The notes beneath the pieces are model-generated. The model did not search any database. It worked only from the letters and a program-made list of their open reading frames with translations, and was not told the origin of the DNA. This document shows, piece by piece, positions 1-14,163 of a stretch of DNA of 64,000 nt (the stretch's first letter is position 1; every line of letters begins with the position of its first letter). The stretch is taken from NCBI RefSeq assembly GCF_009914755.1, contig NC_060926.1. The stretch is one strand, 5' to 3'. The position numbers and the translations under genes were made by a program. The DNA comes from the human T2T-CHM13v2.0 reference genome, Homo sapiens.

Positions 1-1488
1 GAGTGAAATTATTGCATCTTCTCTAATAGAGTGGTATATATACAAATTATATTGATATTTTTAACATATTATTTTCTTCATGATTTACAAACTCTCAACA
101 GAAGTTTCTTCTGAAAATAGCACCACAAAAACCTATTTGATTTTACTTTTAAATTTCCATGGATGCAAATGACTTACCTGGGTGGATTGCTGGTTATAAT
201 TACCTTGAGAGCTGCTAAAAGTCCTAAAAGTATTTGTGACCTAGACTGTCATATTTAGTAAGACTTCACTGTCCTCCTTGTGATTCTCCCAGTATCCATC
301 ATCTTCCTTTTCTTTCTCCAATTGTTTCCTTCTTCCTTTATTGTCTACCACTCTTTTTATAGTTGCCCATACAACTCTAATAGGTTTTGTAAACTTTTAA
401 TTTGAAAATTGTTCCATTTAGCATTCCATAAATTTGGGAAGTAAAACTCAATATAGATTATTTTAATGCATGTCATTGTCCCTGCCAATTATCTGTAAAA
501 TATATTTTTGTGTTCTCAAGTACAAGTGGCCATAAAAAAAGTACAATTCCTTCATAAAAGTGACATCAAGCTTATAAAATGTCTTTACATTTTCAATTTA
601 CCTTAGTTGTGGAATTGTATTGAAATATACTGTCCTAATCATTCATATTCTAGACACTTGTTATTAATAGGTATTTATACTAAAATAAGATTTCCATTGT
701 TATGTCCTATTATTTTGAAACTTAGTCATATGCCCTTTATTGAGATATCTACATCGAAATAAGATTATTATAAGATATCATGCTAAGTTACTATAAGATC
801 AAAATTCTAATCTCAAGCAGTGATATGTTCTAATAGACCATAAATCACTAGCACCCTTTGTGGTAATATAACAACCTTGGCATAAATATAATGTTATAGT
901 GCATGTGAAGCACACAAATGAGAGGACTAAAATACAGTTTTCCAGGTAAGAATACAACTTTCATTCTCAAAGGGACTCCTCAAACTTGGTAATTTTTATT
1001 ATATATATATGTATATATACTCTCAGTGTCTACTTGTATGAATTTCAGAGACATCAGTGAAAATCCCCATCTGTGGACTTGTGAAATAAAGACTTTTGGG
1101 TTTTGATCAAGAATGCCTGATTTCTCATTTTCAGTATAAGGGAATTCAATTTGTTCGTTCATTCAACAATCAATTACTAAGTTTCTATCACGCAGAAAAT
1201 GTGGCACAAGGCCCTGGCATAAATTTAAATAAGACCTAGAAATTCTAAAAGTCAAGCTTAGTGTGGGAACACAATTCTAAGTGTCACATCATCATGTGAT
1301 TAGTGCTATATTTGAAGGTGAGTAATATTTTAGTATCATCAGGCAAGAAGTAAATATCTTCCATTAATAAATTTAAACTGTGGAAAGGCAGATTATCAGG
1401 GAACATAACACCAGAAAAGAGGATAATACACTGCATACAGAGGTAGAAGATGTGAGTCCAAAATTTTTTAAGCTGCCAAAAGATATTT

Positions 1489-1608
1489 GGGCATGCCGAC
1501 AGTCCCAACTACTTGGGTGGCCAAGGCCAGAGGATCACTTGAGCCCAGGAGTTCCAGTCCACTCTGGGCAACATAGCAAAATCTATTTCTAAAATAAATA
1601 AATAAATA
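1489..1608 (+). mobile_element. Free left Alu monomer (FLAM-like), 5'-degraded
   Basis: AGTCCCAACTACTTGGG...GAGGATCACTTGAGCCCAGGAGTTC...CTGGGCAACATAGCAAAAT followed by an (AAAT)n tail; single arm. Confidence 0.8.
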
Positions 1609-3469
1609 CAATTTTGTGTTAACTGCTATATATTGGGGCCATTTTTTCTGGTAGTTAATCAAGTAATTTTCTCTATGCCAATAAATTAATTGATTAGACT
1701 CCATCTCTCTACCATGTGCCTTATAAAGGGCCTTTTCCAAAAGCAGTGAGCAGTGCTTTGGCATTAAAAAAAAAAAAAACCCTCTAGTCATGGGTCATTC
1801 AGACTTTATTGTGGGACATTTTTAGAGCATGGAGGCACACCTATGTTCACGTACTACATCTATATAAAATGGTATTCCCTAGCAGTAAGTATAGGACAAT
1901 ATTTCAAATCTTATATCAAAAGTGAACAAAGAAAATCTAATTGAAGCAAAAGCTCTTTCTCTAAGCTGTTTTCCATCATAAACCAAAAATATATATTTCT
2001 ATTACAAATCACTTTTAAACTCTATCTAAAGAAGTTACATTACAGTGACAGCTACGGCTATTAGTTATTCACCTTGCAATCAGCACTAAATCTAGTAAAT
2101 ATGGATTCAAGAGACTATATGTGCTCGCTGTGATAGAAATGTATGGAGAGAGAGGGAGGAGAAGCAGGAGGAGGAAGACAGGGGAAACATCTAAAGGGGA
2201 GGAAGTTACTAAGAGATGCAGAGGGTACAGGAAGCATGTCTCCAAATAAAAATCACCAGATTAAATAAGCACACATTTTAGTATTATGCTTTATGAAGTC
2301 AGACATACATTTCAATAATTGCTTTTAATGATTATTCATGAATGAATTATTAATTAACTTTCTAGACCAAAAATATCATTCCGTGCTTGCTAAATAACAT
2401 TTGCTCAAATGAAAAAATACATATATAAAAAGGCTAAAGCCTTTCACATCATTAGTACTGCTGTAGAGGGTTAGTATTTGATCTTGTTATAATTCATGCT
2501 CAGTTTGTTAGAACATTTCCACATCACAAATTACAACATTCGGGTTCAAGGATGGATATAAAGTACACAGAGAAAGTATTGTAAGAGAATTATTTTGCAG
2601 TGAGCCTGATAATAGAATTATGTGTGTACCTATGTATGGTTTTGAGTGGAAGCCTATGCAAATGTCAGCAAAAGGCGGGGGTTCTTTTCAATTTTTCTTG
2701 AGAACACCAATTTTTCTGACAGTCTTGTCCTTTTTAAGATTTACTGAGTTATATCTATAAAATCCCCTCGGTTTACAGATAAAATAGATTTCCAAATTAT
2801 CACAAAATTTATTTTTTTTATCTTATTTAGTGAAAAATAAATTCAGAGTCATGCTAGAATATGTTAAACATCAGGTCAGTATATTTAAAGGTCAATATGG
2901 TATGATAATTGCCCCTTCAAAAAATAATTATTCAAGTCAGGTTAGAAATAATTGCTGTGCATTTATTTTCCAGTTTTCCTATTACAAATTTACTTTTACT
3001 GTAAGTGATACAATTTTATCGTAAGTAAAATTGTATTGTTTTACTGTAAGTAAAAGGTACATTTACTTTTATTGTAAGTGATATTATATGTCTGTTAATT
3101 CAGTAGGCTTTATTGGTTTTACTGATAAACTACACAAGGTGGAGGGAGAACAAGATACACTTTAGTTATAAACATACAATGTAAAATATTTTTGGACTAG
3201 ATAACTATATGAAGCATACAATTTTTAAATTAAGAACTCAAATCCATCACATTGTTTCTAGTTGTGCTAGAAAAAGTGAAATCTTAAAAAGTGAAATCTT
3301 TAGTGACTTCCTAATGGTATTCCTTAAAATATGATGGGACAGTGAGAATGATTCGGTCCAGGAAGAAGGAGTGAGATAAGAAATTCTAAATTGCAGTTGG
3401 AGTGCCACGAGTAAGCTAAGCCCTTCCATTTCAGCACAGCAGATTTCATATCTCTCCCATCTCTCAGCA

Positions 3470-3640
3470 TCACAGAGTCTTAGAACTAGAAGGACCCCAG
3501 ATAATACCTGAACCTCCCATTGCTGATGCATAGATGACCTCAACAACATGTTAAGCGTGTAGTCATCTACTTTTCTAAAAACCTGTGGCAAAGTCACTCA
3601 CCTCTTGCAATCTCAGAGAAGCCTTTTTAAATTTTAAAAA
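3470..3640 (-). mobile_element. Possible L3/CR1 (or MIR3) ancient fragment
   Basis: ATCACAGAGTCTTAGAACTAGAAGGACCCCAGA resembles the CR1/MIR3 terminal motif; very degraded. Confidence 0.35.
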
Positions 3641-4279
3641 TTATATTAATGAGATGACAATGCAAACTTCTCTGTAGTTTCTCTTCATAATACAAAAATG
3701 TACAAATGTAGACTACATAAGATTACCAAAACTTCACTCCTAACATGTAGATTATGAAGATTACCAAAATCCCATGCCTAAGATATTTTCACTATTTACA
3801 TACACCTACATATTTTTTTCCCCAAAAGTAGTGTTGTATATGTTCTCCAACTGGCAATTTTCACTAACTGTATTCTGAAGAAAATCTTTCATTTTCATTA
3901 GAACTAGCTAATTCCATTGTGTAACTGTACAACATAAACTGTATAAATATATTTTTCTTTAATCATTTATTTGGGGGTGAGATTTTGGTTGTTGCCAAAT
4001 TTTCACTATGGACAATTATGCAAAATTCCTCATACGTATATATTTTTTTGTCCAGGGTGTTAAGTCTTCTGTGGCATAGGTTTCTGGAAGTAAAATAATT
4101 GTGTAAAACAATGTGTTCTTAAAAAAAATAATAGATATAGATACTCTGCCTTCAAAAATGTATTGACTGTATAACTCATGGTATATATAAAAAGGCTTCA
4201 AAATCTTCACTCTGATTCTTCCAAAGTCATTAAGATTTTTAATATATCAAGTGAATGTGTTAAAAGCTTTGTTAAATAC

Positions 4280-4435
4280 AGCCAGACATGGTGGTGTGCA
4301 CCTGTAGTCCCAGCTACTTGGGAGGCTTAGGCGAGAGAATCACTTGAGGCTGGGAGACTGAGTCTGCAATGAGCCATGATCACATCACTGCATTCCAGTC
4401 AAAAAAAGCAAACAAACAAAAACAAAACAAAAAAA
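4280..4435 (+). mobile_element. Free right Alu monomer (FRAM/FAM-like)
   Basis: GCCAGACATGGTGGTGTGCACCTGTAGTCCCAGCTACTTGGGAGG...GCAATGAGCCATGATCACATCACTGCATTCCAG plus A-rich tail. Confidence 0.8.
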
Positions 4436-5729
4436 CCTACTGCTCTCATTTTTTTTCTCATTTTGCTAGTTATATCTATTTACACTGAAGAATAAAGACA
4501 AAATAGAATATTTTGATAGCAGCCTCTAGTTCCTTTATACTCAGCCAATAAGAGAGCTCCTTTAATAATCTGAATAGAGAACTGTAATCCATCTTTATTT
4601 TTCAGCTTTGCATCTAACTTTGTTCTTGTCTTACCCTATCTACTCTTGATCATCAGCTATTCTTATTTCCAGAGTTTTTTGTTTACTTTTAAATTAAGTC
4701 TTCATATTTGCTTGTGTAATTATTTAATGCTAGGTCTTCAAATAATGAATTTTAAAGGACTGGGTGAAGGTAATATCTCCTTTGATAAATTAGGTAAAAT
4801 TTAGGATCTGACCATGAATCTTCTCTGTATCTCCACTCTCAACACTCTTGATCTGCAAAATCCCTTCAGGGACCAGTGCTCTCTCCATACTAGAGTGATA
4901 ACCTTATGGCAGGTGGAGTTCTTTCCTATTGTGAGTGTAAACTTGACTCTTCACTGCTCCTTAATTTCATGCCATGCCATACAGCAACAGAGATTCCTCT
5001 TCAGCAGTTTAGCCATCTTCCATTCTGTAGATGAGGCATTTGTTTTTCATTTGAAGTGAAAGAAGTTCAGCTATGTCCCTTTGGTTTCAGAATTACATTT
5101 AAATAAAAATATAAATCACATTTTTCCTGCACAAAACATTTTTGTTAATGCTAAAATATATCAAATTGCCAAAATAATGTTTTACACAAAAGGTTTGTCA
5201 AAGACACACAATATGTGCGCTGTATTTCTTACCAAATGCCCACTCTTTAAGCTAAGGCTTGTATTGTCATGCTTCAAATAGAAATGCAAAAAAAAAAAAA
5301 AAAAAACTCAAATAAAATGCTTTTAATCTAAGGAACATGCAGATAACGTTTTTTTTTTTCCAAAGCAGACATATCTGCATTTCTTTGGTTGTTGGTTATT
5401 AATATTTCATTAATTTTCAAGCTACTGCAAATTCCCCTTGAGATATCATTAATAAAATACCATTCAAATCAGCAAGATTATAGTCAAAATAGCCAAACTA
5501 CAGAGGCCATTTAATTACCTAGAAAATTTAAGAGTGCTGAGCACTTGCTTTAATTTAAAGAACTGAATAATCCGATGCTTTGATGATTACAAAGAGTCTT
5601 TAGCTTTCCCTGTTTTGTTGGTAATTTTAATTATTTCTCATACTTTCCCCACTTAGATGCATTCCTTTATTTGCCCTTTTAGAATAATAATGAGCAAATT
5701 TTGAAGAAGAAGAAACAAGTACCCAAATA

Positions 5730-6303
5730 CAGTCATGAACTACACAATGTAATTTCAGTCAATGACAGACTGCACATATGATGGTGGTCTCATAAGATTT
5801 TAATGGATCTGAAAAATGTTTAGTGTCTAGTGATGTCATAGCTGTAGCAATGTTGCAGCACAATTATTATATTTTTAAAATAAGTTTAGTGTAGCCTAAG
5901 TGCAGTGTTTATAAAGTATACAGTAGTGCAATGTCACAGGCCTTCACATTGACTCATCATTTACTCATTTTCTTATCCAGAACAACCACCAGTCCAGCAA
6001 ACTCCATTCATGGAAGGTGTCCTACACAAGTGTAGCATTTTTAATATTTTATACCATATTTTCTACTGTACCTTTTCTATGTTCAGATACACACATACAT
6101 TTTGTTACAATTGCTTACAGTATTCAGTATGGTAGCATGCTGCACTGGTTTGTAGTAACAGGCTAGACCATATAGCCCAGACGTGTAGGAGGCTATACCA
6201 TTTAGATTTGTGTAAATACACTCTATGATGTTCACAGGATAATGAAATCACATAACAACACATTCCCCAGAACATGTCCTCACCATTAAGCAACACATGA
6301 CTG
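5730..6303 (+). mobile_element. Tigger3 (Golem/MER7) non-autonomous DNA transposon
   Basis: Termini CAGTCATG...CATGACTG, TA target duplication at 5728-5729 and 6304-6305; internal GATGGTGGTCTCATAAGATT matches recalled Tigger3. Confidence 0.85.
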
Positions 6304-6804
6304 TACTTCTGAAATAAATTTTAAAATAGACAAATACACAGGCACTCAGCAGTCATAAGAAGGCTTTCTCTCTTCACTTACTTCAGTGACACATTCAATT
6401 TTTGATCAAGAAAAGTAGTCAAAAAATTAATAGCATCACATTTTGCCAAAATATTGTATACACTTAGAGAATACCAATTTTGCTGATTCTGAGTGTTTCC
6501 TTGCACACGTCAGTAGGTATTTTGGATTTATGTGTCAAAGAGACTCTTAATTTTACTCTAACTCTATCTCACAAATGGTTATGCACCTGATCACACCACA
6601 TCCACTTAAAGAATGGCAAGACAGAGGAAGGAGAAGAATTACACTTTCACCATTATGCGATGTGTATTCATACTGGAGCCTTGTTTATTTCAAAATTTTA
6701 CCAGATTATATAGAGCAATTAAAGTTTATTCTTTTTAGTTAATATTAATAGATACTTTTCCCTCATGAATGTGTTGTTTTCTGGATAAATCATAGAGACT
6801 GTGT

Positions 6805-7085
6805 GTTCGGTGAGAAAAACCAGTTATAAAAGGGTATATGTAATGATTGGATTCATGTGAAGTTCAAGAACACATAAAATGTGTTTATGTGGATAGAAAT
6901 TAAATACTATTAATAATTTCTGGCTATTGAGGGGACAGGTATTGACTGGTAAGAGGCATGAGGGAATCTTCTGCAGGCAACGGGAATACTTTGAATGTTT
7001 AAATGTATATACATATATAAAAATTAAGCTTTACACTGAAGATCGATCCACTTTCCTTCATATAAATTGTAATCAGTTTTTAAAA
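6805..7085 (+). mobile_element. Ancient L1 (L1M/L1ME-type) 3' UTR fragment
   Basis: GAAAAACCAG...GATTCATGTGAAGTTCAAGAAC...GACTGGTAAGAGGCATGAGGGAATCTTCTG pattern typical of L1ME 3' ends. Confidence 0.6.
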
Positions 7086-7289
7086 TGTTTTTTTATCATG
7101 CCAAAACAAATATTTTAAAAACCTAAATATTAAACAGTATTAAATGAAAAAATTAACAAAGTTTTATATCTATTTTCTTCTTTCTGGTTTCATTGTTCCC
7201 GTTCAAATACTGCTATTCCACATCTTAACTACTGAAAAGCCTACTGAGGCAAAGGCTCATAACTTGTTCTTTCTTCCTTAATTACGGAA

Positions 7290-7702
7290 CCTCTCCTTTC
7301 TATATGCATTAGCCTTTCTTTAGCTAAATGTAGTCATAAGTGAATGATTTTGGACAATAAGACGTAAGTGGAGGCAGTGTGTACAACTCTTAGGACGAGT
7401 ACATTTAAGAAAAGGTATATGTATTTTATCCCTTCTTGCTTCTTGTCAGCTGGCATTATGACGTGGTGGCTGAAGCTCGAGTAGCCTTATTGGACTATGG
7501 CAGAATTTATGTGCTGAGGTTGGATGAGCAATTAGACAGAACTGTGGGGTCATAATATTCAGGAAGCCAGATCAGCTCTGAACTCACTACCTCCAGATTA
7601 TGCTTTTTTTTACTTGAGAAAGAAATATATTTTTATTTAAGCCACAGTTAATGTATTGCCTGTTTTGCCATTAATAGCTGAGCCTAATATAAATTGATTT
7701 AC
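7290..7702 (+). mobile_element. MLT1-type (ERVL-MaLR) solo LTR, degraded
   Basis: GACAATAAGACGTAAGTGGAGG and 3' GAGAAAGAAATA...TTTAAGCCAC...AGCTGAGCCTAAT motifs of old MLT1 LTRs. Confidence 0.6.
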
Positions 7703-8080
7703 TTTATATAAACACTGTTTTTCTATCAACTCTTTCTCACTATAATCTATTATTCAAGCATACTTTCGGGGTTTTTCTGAGAACGTATCTGATTATGCCG
7801 CCTTCCTCTTTAAAATGTCTTTTTTTTTTTTTCCATTTCAGGGATATTGCTATTAGTCCAGACATTAAAATATGTTTGCTACTATACAGTCATGTTACAA
7901 AATTGAAAAATCTGATTCTGCATTTTTAAATGAAAACAATTTGTATAGGAAATAAATACCTGAATATACTCACCAAAATGTAACTACTTATTATTTTGGG
8001 TTTAAGAAATAATAGATAATATTTTTATTTACATTGTATGTCTTCAAATTTACTAAATTTATGTCGGTAACAATGCATCA

Positions 8081-8398
<318 letters not shown>

Positions 8399-8896
8399 TC
8401 ACCGTAGAAATTAAAACAACTTTTTCTAAACAAATTAAAATCTTCCATCGAAATTTATCTTATAATTTAAAACAGTTCTCATTAGAGTCAGGAATCAGTA
8501 AAAAAGTTGCCACTCTCATTATAACCATTTTCCATTGTCCTTTAGGCCTAAACAACTAAAGAAAAAAAATTTAAATAACAAAATAACTTTTTGAAAGAAA
8601 GAGATAACTTTGTCATTAGTTGTGGATGATATATTGATATTATGGAAAATACAATAGTATTCATTGAAAAAGTAATAAAAGGTATTTGATTTTAGCATAG
8701 TGATGAATTTCATAAAAATATGCTGAAAGCAAAAGCATTCTTTTATCACATCAAAAGTCTAATTGTTAAAATTCCATTAATAATACATGTAGGTATTTAC
8801 AGTTTTCAGGATAAATATCAAAATAATCGAGAAATAATGAATATTTTAAACATGGCATGGAGAAAATTAGTTATCCACTTTAGGAAAAAAAATTAA

Positions 8897-9072
<176 letters not shown>

Positions 9073-9184
9073 TAAGTAGAAAAAAACAAAAAACAAAAAT
9101 TGCATTAGAGAAAAACACAGGATAATTCTATAATTTTTGACTAGAGAAAGTCTTTTAAAATTAGCACAAATGATAATAACAAGA

Positions 9185-9385
9185 AAGACTAACATTCACT
9201 GAGTTCTTAACAGATACTCTCCTAGGTGCTTTTACATGTGTTGATTTATGTGTGTCCTCTAACCCTCTAGGAGAAAGGAGCTAATACATGAAAGGCACAC
9301 AGACATTAAGTCATGGTTGGTAAATGCTGGGGCTATCTTAACCCAAGCTATCTGGTTGAAGATGCTGCATTCTTATCTACATTCT
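9185..9385 (-). mobile_element. MIR SINE fragment
   Basis: AACATTCACTGAG...CTAGGTGCTTTTACATG...AACCCAAGCTATCTGG resembles antisense MIR. Confidence 0.55.
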
Positions 9386-9399
9386 TTTCCCCTAGAATT

Positions 9400-10130
9400 C
9401 ACACAGAAAATCCTAGACAAAAATGACTACTTAATATCACAAATGTCTGCATAAAAAAAAAAGACAACATAAAACAGGTTAGTGAAAACCTGTTTTTCCC
9501 AAATCTAGAAAAACATATTTGCAACATTAATGATAGCTAAGAGATTAATAAGATTATGAGCTCATAATTCCATAAGGAAAATTGATGAATACCATATAGA
9601 ATAACAGGCAAAATATATAAATAGGGAGTTCGCATTGAAAGCAATGAACATTACCAAATAAAATGATGTTTAACCTCATTGATAATCAAATACAAATTTA
9701 AATAAATATATCCTATGTTTTCATCTATTACACTAGCAAATGTCAAAATGGTTGTTATTGCCAGTTTGGCCAGGGTGTGGCAACACAGGCACTCTCATGT
9801 ACTATGTTAGGAGGATAAATTAACAAAACTTTTTGAAAGATAATATAGGATCTGTACCCAAGATTAATGTGTATGAATCTTTCTTGGTGAGACTGCCCTT
9901 TTAAGATTTAGCCTAATTAAATAAAAGGGAAAATGTAGCTGACAATGGAACAGTGTAGTAGTCATACTTATAATAGTAAAAAACTAGAAGCTAGTTAAAT
10001 GTACATCAGAGAGTTTGGTTAAGTGTATTATAGCACATTTACACAAAGAAATATCAATCATACAAAAGGGGAGCATATGATATTATAAGTTCCAATATGT
10101 GAAGATAATCTTGGATAATTGGAAAGAGAT
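9400..10130 (+). mobile_element. Ancient L1M ORF2-end/3' fragment
   Basis: Degraded L1 motifs: ATATTTGCAAC, ATGTTTAACCTCATTGATAATCAAA, TTGGCCAGGGTGTGG, CAGGCACTCTCAT. Confidence 0.6.
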
Positions 10131-10939
10131 ATATTCTAGGAAGAGAACAAAACATGCACTGTTTTGGGTAAGAGAATGAAGTCTGCATTCCAGAAGTATG
10201 AAAGTTATATATTTAAACTCAATATATTATTAATATATATTAACAAAAATAAATATATAAATAAAGCATAATTATTATTTAACATATAGTCTCATAAGTA
10301 CTAATATGTGAAAATAATTTTCACATATTATTGAAAACTATATGCTATATACTCCTTGGTATGTCCTCATATTTTCTGAAATACAAACTTCCTTCTCTTA
10401 CCCAAGACAGTGTTTTGTTTTCTTCTGTCTCTAGAATGTACCTCTTTCCAATTCTACCTATCAAACATTCTTTAACAGTAGGTTTTGCTCAAAATGCTAC
10501 TTACACTACAAAATCCTTGTCTTACGCTAGATCTTCTGTTTTTCCATTCATTAAAAATATCTATTAGGGAATTTACCACTATGTGGTACGCATTATAGTA
10601 ATGTGTGTATATATCTTCCATCTCTGGGAACCTCCAAATATTTCAATGACAGTGTCTCCTCTATATTTTTATCCTCCTATTATGTCTATCCCTCATGCGC
10701 ATACACAGTAGATGCCTAATAAATGTTCACACCAAATTGTTTACTTGACTATACATAAGGGGTCTTCAAAAAGTTTGTGAAAAATGTGTATCATGAAAAA
10801 AACTATGCACAGATTTCAAAAAACATTTGCACCAAAATAAACCCATACTAACATGTTATAACATGTCTGAACAGGATCTAGTCTGAGGCCCTAGGAACCA
10901 TTAAGACATCCATTTGAAAACAGCCTGTATCAGAGCAAC

Positions 10940-12630
10940 ATGAATCTTGCTAAAATTGAAGCAAAAATACACCTCAAATTTACGGTGAAATCATTGATGC
11001 TTTACAAAAAGTTCATGGGGAAAATGTCCCAAAGAAATGAACAGTTTACAAATGAATGTTAAGAATGGACAAGATAATATTGAAGATGAAACCTGCAGTG
11101 GCAGACCAACCACATCAATTTTCAAGGAAAATATTCATCTTGTTTGTGCCCTAATTGAAGAGGACCAACAATTTAATGGCACAAGTAATATCCAATGCCA
11201 CAGACATCTCAATTAGTGGAGCTTACTCAGTTTTGACTGGAAAATTAAAGTTAAGCAAACTTTCCACTCAATGGGTGCCAAGACCATGGCACTCAGATCA
11301 GCTGCACACAAGACCAGAGCTTTCCATGGAAATTTTAAACAAATAGGACCAAGAGCCTAAAGAATGTCTTCGAAGCATTTTAAAAAGAAGTGAAACATGG
11401 CATTACCGTTACAATCCTAAAAACAAAGCACATAAAAGCAATGGCTACCAAGAAGTAGAAGTGGAAGTGGTCTCGGCCAAAGCAAAAGCAGACTGGTCAA
11501 GAGCAAAGGTCATGGTGATACAGGCGGTAGAAATAAATTATTTAGGCAGATAGTGAGGGCAAAAGAGTCATCGGCAGTTTCCCTTTTAACAAAAAGCAGT
11601 CCAAGAAATTATTTTTTTGCTAACAAAGAGCAGCCTGAAATACTGAGCCGCAAACATCGATAAGCAAGCTTGAAGCTTGCACGGGGGAATGCTGGCAGCT
11701 GCGCCAATAGAGAAGGACTACCTGAGGGCCAGGTATGTCTGCCATGGAAGCTCCATCTTCCCTTTTTTTGTTAGCACATGTATGACAAGAAAGAAATGGG
11801 CAACATGGAGCAGCTCAGTCAGAGAACCTGCCTGCATAATAAAAGATTGGGGTGGGGGTGGGGGGGGCTGAGATTTGTGCCCCATGCAAATGACGCAACT
11901 GGTCTAACCAGTTTTTCGGACCCTATGTAGATCAGATACCGCCCCTCCACTAGCTCATCTATAAAACCTCTTGCATTTCACCACGAAATCAGCAACTCAT
12001 TTTTCTGGGACCCCTCTCTGTAGCAGAGAGCTATTCTCCTTCTTTTGTCTATTAAACTTCCACTGTTAAGCTCACTCTTTGTGTGTCTGCGCCCTTGATA
12101 TTTGTAGCCATGAGACAACGAACCTTGGATATTATCCCAGACAACGAAGCAGCTTCAGTGGCAGTCTTTTTGGGGGGATGCTCAAGGCATTTTATTTCTC
12201 GACTTTCTGGAGGACCAAAGAAAGATAACATCGGCTTACTATTAGAGTGTTTCTGAGAAAGTTAACCAAATCTTTAGCAGAAAAATATCCAGAAAACCTT
12301 CACGGGAAAGTCCTTCTGCACCACAACAACACCCCTGCTCATTCCCTTTATCAAACAAGGACAATTTTCTGAAAGTTATGATGGGAAATCATTAGGCATC
12401 TAGCTTACAATCCTGATTCAGCTCCTTCTCATTTTTACTTGTTTCCTAATCTTAAAAAAAATAATAAAAAAATAAGAGTAGTCATTATTCTCCAGTTAAT
12501 AATGTGAAAGAGACTGCATTGACATGGTTAAGTTCCCAGGACCCTCGGTTCTTTAGGGCTGGACTAAATGGCTGGTATCATTGTTTATAAATGTGTCTTG
12601 GATTTGATGGAGCTTATGCTGAGAATGAAA
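10940..12630 (+). pseudogene. Hsmar2 mariner transposase pseudogene
   Basis: ATG at 10940 (MNLAKIEAK..), KLKLSKLSTQWVPRP (mariner WVP motif), HNNTPAH (HDNAPAH), YNPDSAP (YSPDLAP); multiple stops, frameshifts and the LTR insertion. Confidence 0.88.
11516..12157 (+). mobile_element. ERV1 solo LTR, LTR9/LTR9B-like
   Basis: 642 bp, TG...CA ends, 4-bp TSD ATGG/GTGG, TATAAAA box (~11960), ATTAAA signal (~12051); start TGATACAGG..AATTATTTAGGCAGATAGTGAGGG matches recalled LTR9 group. Confidence 0.8.
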
Positions 12631-13204
12631 GTTTACATTTTTTATTTTTATCTTTTAAATCAATTTTCTGATGAACTTTTAAAAGTCCCCTCATATATAG
12701 AGATAGCTCAATAGATAAATATAATAAATATAAATATGACTGCTTGTCAATTACTAAAATATGGTTTCTCTATAGTGAGGTTTGTTCTCATTTCTTTGCA
12801 AAAATAGATAATAAAATTATTCACATAAAAACACGAGAGGCACAGCAATGTTCTGAATATTTAAATTATTTTGAAATAAATGATACCTTAATGCTAACAC
12901 AGCAATATTATCATCTTACTAAAAATGTATCATTATTAAAATTTTGTCAAGCTAATAAGGTTGAGAATCTGAAGTTCTTAAAATTGTTTAAGTATAGCCA
13001 CCTGGCTCCAGGTCAGGCTTATAATTGCTACACTGTGGTACCAGTTCTAACAATTGAAGAGACTGACAGAAGACTTGGAATCAACATCAAGTTAATCTTC
13101 ATGTAATTTATCTTCACTTCACTCAATCCATATCTATTACCTATCTCCTTGTATCTGTGTTGGGTTCTAATATCTACTGATCAGACACTTTCTACCTTCT
13201 CCCT

Positions 13205-14163
<959 letters not shown>

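Larger units (their letters stand above)
10756..12693 (+). mobile_element. HSMAR2: Full-length Hsmar2 mariner transposon fossil, interrupted by a solo LTR
   Basis: TIRs TAAGGGGTCTTCAAAAAGTTTGTGAAAAAT / ATTTTCTGATGAACTTTTAAAAGTCCCCTCA followed by TA; ~1.3 kb after removing the LTR; transposase remnants. Confidence 0.92.
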
